Below are positions 59,726 through 64,000 of a stretch of 64,000 nt of DNA, piece after piece; the first letter of the stretch is position 1; the number at the start of each line of letters is the position of its first letter. Under the pieces are notes generated by a model that saw only the letters and a list, made by a program, of their open reading frames with translations, did not search any database and was not told the DNA's origin. Both the position numbers and the translations under genes were made by a program. The stretch covers positions 124,001 through 188,000 of the forward strand of contig NW_003314279.1 of NCBI RefSeq assembly GCF_000143415.4. The letters are read 5' to 3'. The stretch is from Selaginella moellendorffii. Taxonomy: Eukaryota; Plantae; Lycopodiophyta.

Positions 59726-61462
59726 TTACATCGAAGGTGGAGGTTTTCGGACAAGGGTTGCCTGCTCCAAGTCAAAAGCAATCTCTATAAGAGTTGGTTC
59801 AGAGCCTTTGGTTCCCAGAATTCCAATTCCAAATGGAACGCCCGTGGAGGAGAGGTATCCCGCAGGAATGGTGATGGCAGGATAGCCAGCAATCGCCGCA
59901 GGAGCAGTCATGAGAGATGGCATTGCTCCGATCAGCGCATCCAGCTTGTGCGTCTCAAAAAGATGATCAATCCCATGCTTTGTGAGGAACTGATTTCGTT
60001 TGACGGCCTCCTTGTAGTCCTTGGAATGCGTGCCTTTGGTTGCCTGTGACTCGAGGAATATTTCCTGGCCAAAGAGCTTCATCTCCTGGAAACTTGGAAA
60101 GAAGTTTGTGAAAGGTGGTCCTTTTACGAGAGTGTCGTCCACTTACCTTGTCAGCGTGCTGGATGTTGAACTTGATCACGTCCTCGAGGCTCCGGACCTG
60201 GCTCTTGACGAGCTGAGCAAGGTACTGGTTGAGCTCCACCTTGAAATTCGTACGAAGAACCAGATCCTCGCTCACGCCCGAGAGGATCTCATCTGCGTGA
60301 GGGAGCGTCAAGTTCTCGACAATCACCGCTCCACGAGATCTGGGGATGGATCAGACAGTTTGATGAGTGAAGAGGCTCGTGAAACTTAACTTGGCGATTG
60401 AGATCATCTTGTCTACGGCGGCAATCTCGTCCTCCCGGATTCCCTGAAAGAAAGGAACAGGAGCAATGCCAAGCCGCTTACCGCGAAGCCCATCCCGCCT
60501 CAAGAACTGCTTGTATCCTCCCCGAGGGATGTATTTGGAAATGAATAGAGTTTGCCGGTCTCTCGGGTCGGCTCCGGCTATGGCGTCCAGCACCGCCACG
60601 GCATCCGCCACGCTCCGGCACATCGGCCTGCGAAAAGCTCGGCCAGCGTTGATCGGGTTTGACAAAATTGACCGTGTTTGACTGGGCTTACCCGACCGTA
60701 TCCTGGGTGTGCGAGATTGGGATGACGCCAGCTCGGCTTGTGAGGCCGACCGTGGGCTTGATTCCCACCACCGCATTCACGCTTGAGGGGCAGAGGATCG
60801 ATCCATCCGTCTCGGTCCCTACCGAGACCGAAACCATGTTGGCCGCTACCGCCACCGCGGAGCCACTGCTGGATCCGCACGGGCTTTCGTCCAGATTGTA
60901 AGGATTCTATGGCAAGAATGTGAAAGATCACTGAGAACTTATGGATCCGAGGTCATACCTTTGTCTGACCGCCAAGCGCACTCCAGCCGCTGGTGGAGTT
61001 TGTGGATCGAAAGTTCATCCATTCGCTGAGGTTGGTCTTGCCAAGAATGATCGCTCCGGCCCTCCGGAGCCTGGCCACAATGCCAGCGTCCCGAGGAACT
61101 TTGGAGCCCAGTAAGGCCAGAGAGCCCGCAGTGGTGCCCATCCTATCGGCAGTGGCGATGGAGTCCTTGAGCAGCACTGGGATTCCATGGAGCCCCTGAG
61201 CAACTGCGCTGCTTTGCCGCCTCTGTGCGTCTGCCTCATCGGCCAGGGCAAGAGCGTCGGGGTTGAGCTGGATGACTCCGTTGAGCGTGGGATTGAGGTG
61301 GACGATTCGATCCAGGTAGAAGCCGACGATCTCGCGCGAGGTGAGGCTCCCGGACCGGAAGGCCTGCTGGATTTCTTCCACGCTCGCCTCTAGGATGGGC
61401 GATCGAGTGCCGGAGAGAGAGCACGCCGCGAGCAGCACCGCGACGGTGAGTAAGAACGCCAT
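59726..61462 (-). CDS. Secreted amidase-signature family protein, multi-exon
   Basis: LHGIPVLLKDSI, ILGKTNLSEW, PCGSSSGSAVAVAA and GTETDGSILCPS (K-S-S triad), plus a signal peptide. Confidence 0.92.
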
Positions 61463-61708
61463 TACTATGAAAGCTTGTTTCTTTCCACTTTGTTCCACTT
61501 TCCACTAAGTTGCCCCCTGATTCTAGCCAGGACAAGCATTTCTTGGAGCGATCATGCTCCTGCCATGGTCAAACGGAGAAAAGGTGGTAAGCTTGGATTT
61601 TGTCATAGAGCATTGATCTAAACGAAAAAGATGCCAAGAGCAAGCCAAAACTGACTTAGTCTTTCGTTTTAGCAGTGCTGATAGTAGTATAGTACTAGTG
61701 TTCTCTCC

Positions 61709-63068
61709 ATGGCCGAGGATGATCCATCCTTTTCGTTTGGAGTGATTGCGGATGTTCAATTTGGGGACAAAGACGATGCTGGTAGCTTACATTTTTCTCC
61801 CTGCTCGTTCTTTTCTTTATTAACTGGAACTCCTTTCTACTCCAGAGGCATCGGAAGGCAATGGACGCATCAAACGATACAGGGAGGCTCCAGAGAAACT
61901 GTCTAAAGCTGTGATGGACTTCAACTCTAGAAGGAGCGAATTGGAGTGAGTAGCAAAGCTAGAAAATTGTGTTCCATGGCGAAAGTAATAACCTTGGCTC
62001 GCCAGGTTTGTTCTTTCTCTCGGAGACATAATCGATGGGAACGTCTCGCCAGAGAAAACCACCGAAGACTTTGAGACGATCCTGGCTGAACTTCAAAAGG
62101 TTTTTACTTGTTTAATTTTACAAACTTCGGGAATCGCAACTGAGTTTTTCTTTTGTTTCTCAGCTGGAGCTCCCAGCGTTCCATGTTTTGGGAAACCACT
62201 GCTTGTCATTGCCGAGGGAATCAGTCATGGCACAACTTGGGATGCCAGCTTCTTACTACGTGCACAAAATCACCCATGCTTGGTCTCTGGTAAGCTTGAA
62301 ATTATCGCATTGGACACGTTCTTTTTCTCGTTTTCTTCTTTCATTCAGGTAGTTCTTGACACAATGGACATGAGCACGAAGTGGTCGGAGGACACACAAA
62401 ACTTCAAGGTAGCTTTTACTCATTCGCCATGGTGTCAAGAATTTTTTAACTTATCAACACTAACAGGAAGCCACGGAATTTCTTCACGCACATCCTTTGG
62501 GCGACGATCATCCCCAAATGTCTTTGTCGAACGGTGGCATTGGATCCATCCAAATGTGCTGGCTCAAAGAAGTGATAGCAAACGCAGAGAGGTATATAAT
62601 CTTTTTCTCCAAGATTTCCATGTCTCCATTATCATCTTGTCCAAAATTCTAGGAACAAGATCAAACTTATTGTAGCGGCACACCATCCGGTAGTAGCCGG
62701 CTCGGCTCCGGACGGCCTTCTAGCTTGGAACCATCAAGAGGTAAGAAAGCAAAGAAGTTATAAATTTCTTCTTCTTGCTTTCTCAGATCTCCTCAGTGCT
62801 CGTGGAAAGCTCAGCCTTTGTACTGTTTCTGTGTGGTAAGCTCGAGGATTTGGCTGATTCAATAGTATTCTTGTGTGAATTGTTTGCTGCAGGGCACCAC
62901 CATCCGGGTGGCTACGCATGTATCAATGGCAAGCACTTTGTCACCGTGCAAGCCATCTTGGAAGCTCCAACAGGCTCACAGGCTCACGCAGTGGTAAATG
63001 TGTTTGATAGTCACAAAATCACCATACAAGGCACCGGTACTGTGATCAGCCGCGTCCTGGAAATTTGA
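61709..63068 (+). CDS. ADPRM: Mn-dependent ADP-ribose/CDP-alcohol diphosphatase (metallophosphoesterase), multi-exon
   Basis: FSFGVIADVQFGD, LGDIIDG, HVLGNHC, HHP and GHHHPGGY...ILEAP. Confidence 0.85.
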
Positions 63069-63232
63069 TTAAGCCAAAGCTCCTCTAGAATCAAGTTGAG
63101 CTCAAAGTCCAAGGCTTCATGCTAATGAAATACTTTTAAGTTGACTGCATTGACTTCCATAACTTTGAAGTAAGTCTTTGCAAATGTTTGCTTGGTTGTC
63201 ATTCTTTTGTCTCGATTGTCTGGAATCTTGCC

Positions 63233-64000
63233 ATGGAAGAGCGCCCCCAACTCGCCCTGTCCTCACGATCTGGAACGACATCCCTGTTCGATTCGGCTAG
63301 AAACCTGGACGAAAAGCTCTCAGCAGACAATCCAGCAGAAGCCCCCGGTGGAAAGAAGGAAAACTACAACAAGTATGTGGTGTTTTGTACATTGCTGGCT
63401 TCTCTCAACTCTCTACTGCTCGGATATGGTACGTTCTTCTTCCTTCTGGACATGCCTTGATTCTCATTCTTTCTTCTCAATTCATATATCCAGATATTGG
63501 TGTCATGAGTGGTGCCTTGCTCTACATCAAAGATTACTTCGAGCTCAACAGCGTGCAGCAGGAAGTACTGGTTGGCATTCTCAGCCTGGCGACTCTCGTG
63601 GGTGGGCTCATGGCCGGGAAGGTGGCTGATGCGGTGGGAAGAAGGAAGACAATGGCTACAGCCGCTGCAATCTTCTTCGTCGCTGCCTTGCTCATGGCAT
63701 TGTCTCCCTCATACGCGGTGCTCATGGCGGGACGAGTTCTATCGGGGTTGGGGGTCGGCTTTGCTACTATCTCTCCAGTGTACACGGCAGAACTCTCTCC
63801 TCCCGGAAGCAGGGGATCCCTCGGCTCGTCTGCCGATCTTTTCGTCAACATCGGGGTCCTGCTTGGATACGTAGCGAACTTTGCACTCTCGCCGCTTCCC
63901 GAGTGGCTCGGATGGAGGCTGATGCTGGGAGTCGGCGCCGTCCCTTCCGTGTTCCTGGCTTGCGCCGTGCTGGTGATGCCCGAGTCTCCTCGCTGGCTGG
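63233..64000 (+). CDS. Polyol/monosaccharide transporter (PMT/PLT, MFS), 5' part
   Basis: ASLNSLLLGYDIGVMSGALLYIK, ADAVGRRKT, PVYTAELSPPGSRG, GWRLMLG and MPESPRWL. Confidence 0.92.

Noticed and set aside
55785-64000. Metabolic gene cluster (PSAT1, FKBP, amidase, ADPRM, polyol transporter)
   Set aside because: Unrelated functions and compartments; proximity is explained by genome compactness

Overview
Compact, gene-dense land-plant nuclear DNA with very short introns (about 45-70 bp), high GC3, and many PPR and F-box genes. The style fits the lycophyte Selaginella, but this is an inference from sequence style. The left part (1-26.9 kb) holds a DnaJ-type zinc-finger gene (partial), a decayed gene of unknown family, TCAB1/WRAP53, and an intronless prokaryote-type M32 carboxypeptidase head-to-head (50 bp) with a RAF1-alpha-domain-only gene. 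It continues with a PLS-E PPR, an F-box/kelch gene, a decayed Copia, SCPL plus a pseudogene copy, the divergent RPS15/RPS25 pair, an hnRNP A/B-like gene, a stellacyanin and an extensin. The middle (about 27-53 kb) is a mosaic of tandem and inverted duplications. It contains three intact copies of an unknown small type-I membrane protein with an RRWL motif, F-box/LRR-like debris, fragments captured from neighbouring genes, two long fold-back inverted repeats, and a pseudogenised PPR copy with three insertions in or next to it, including a full-length Ty1/Copia with 162-bp LTRs. The right part (53-64 kb) holds an intact P-class PPR, PSAT1, a thylakoid FKBP, an amidase, ADPRM and a partial polyol transporter. 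All calls were made by eye, and no searches were run.
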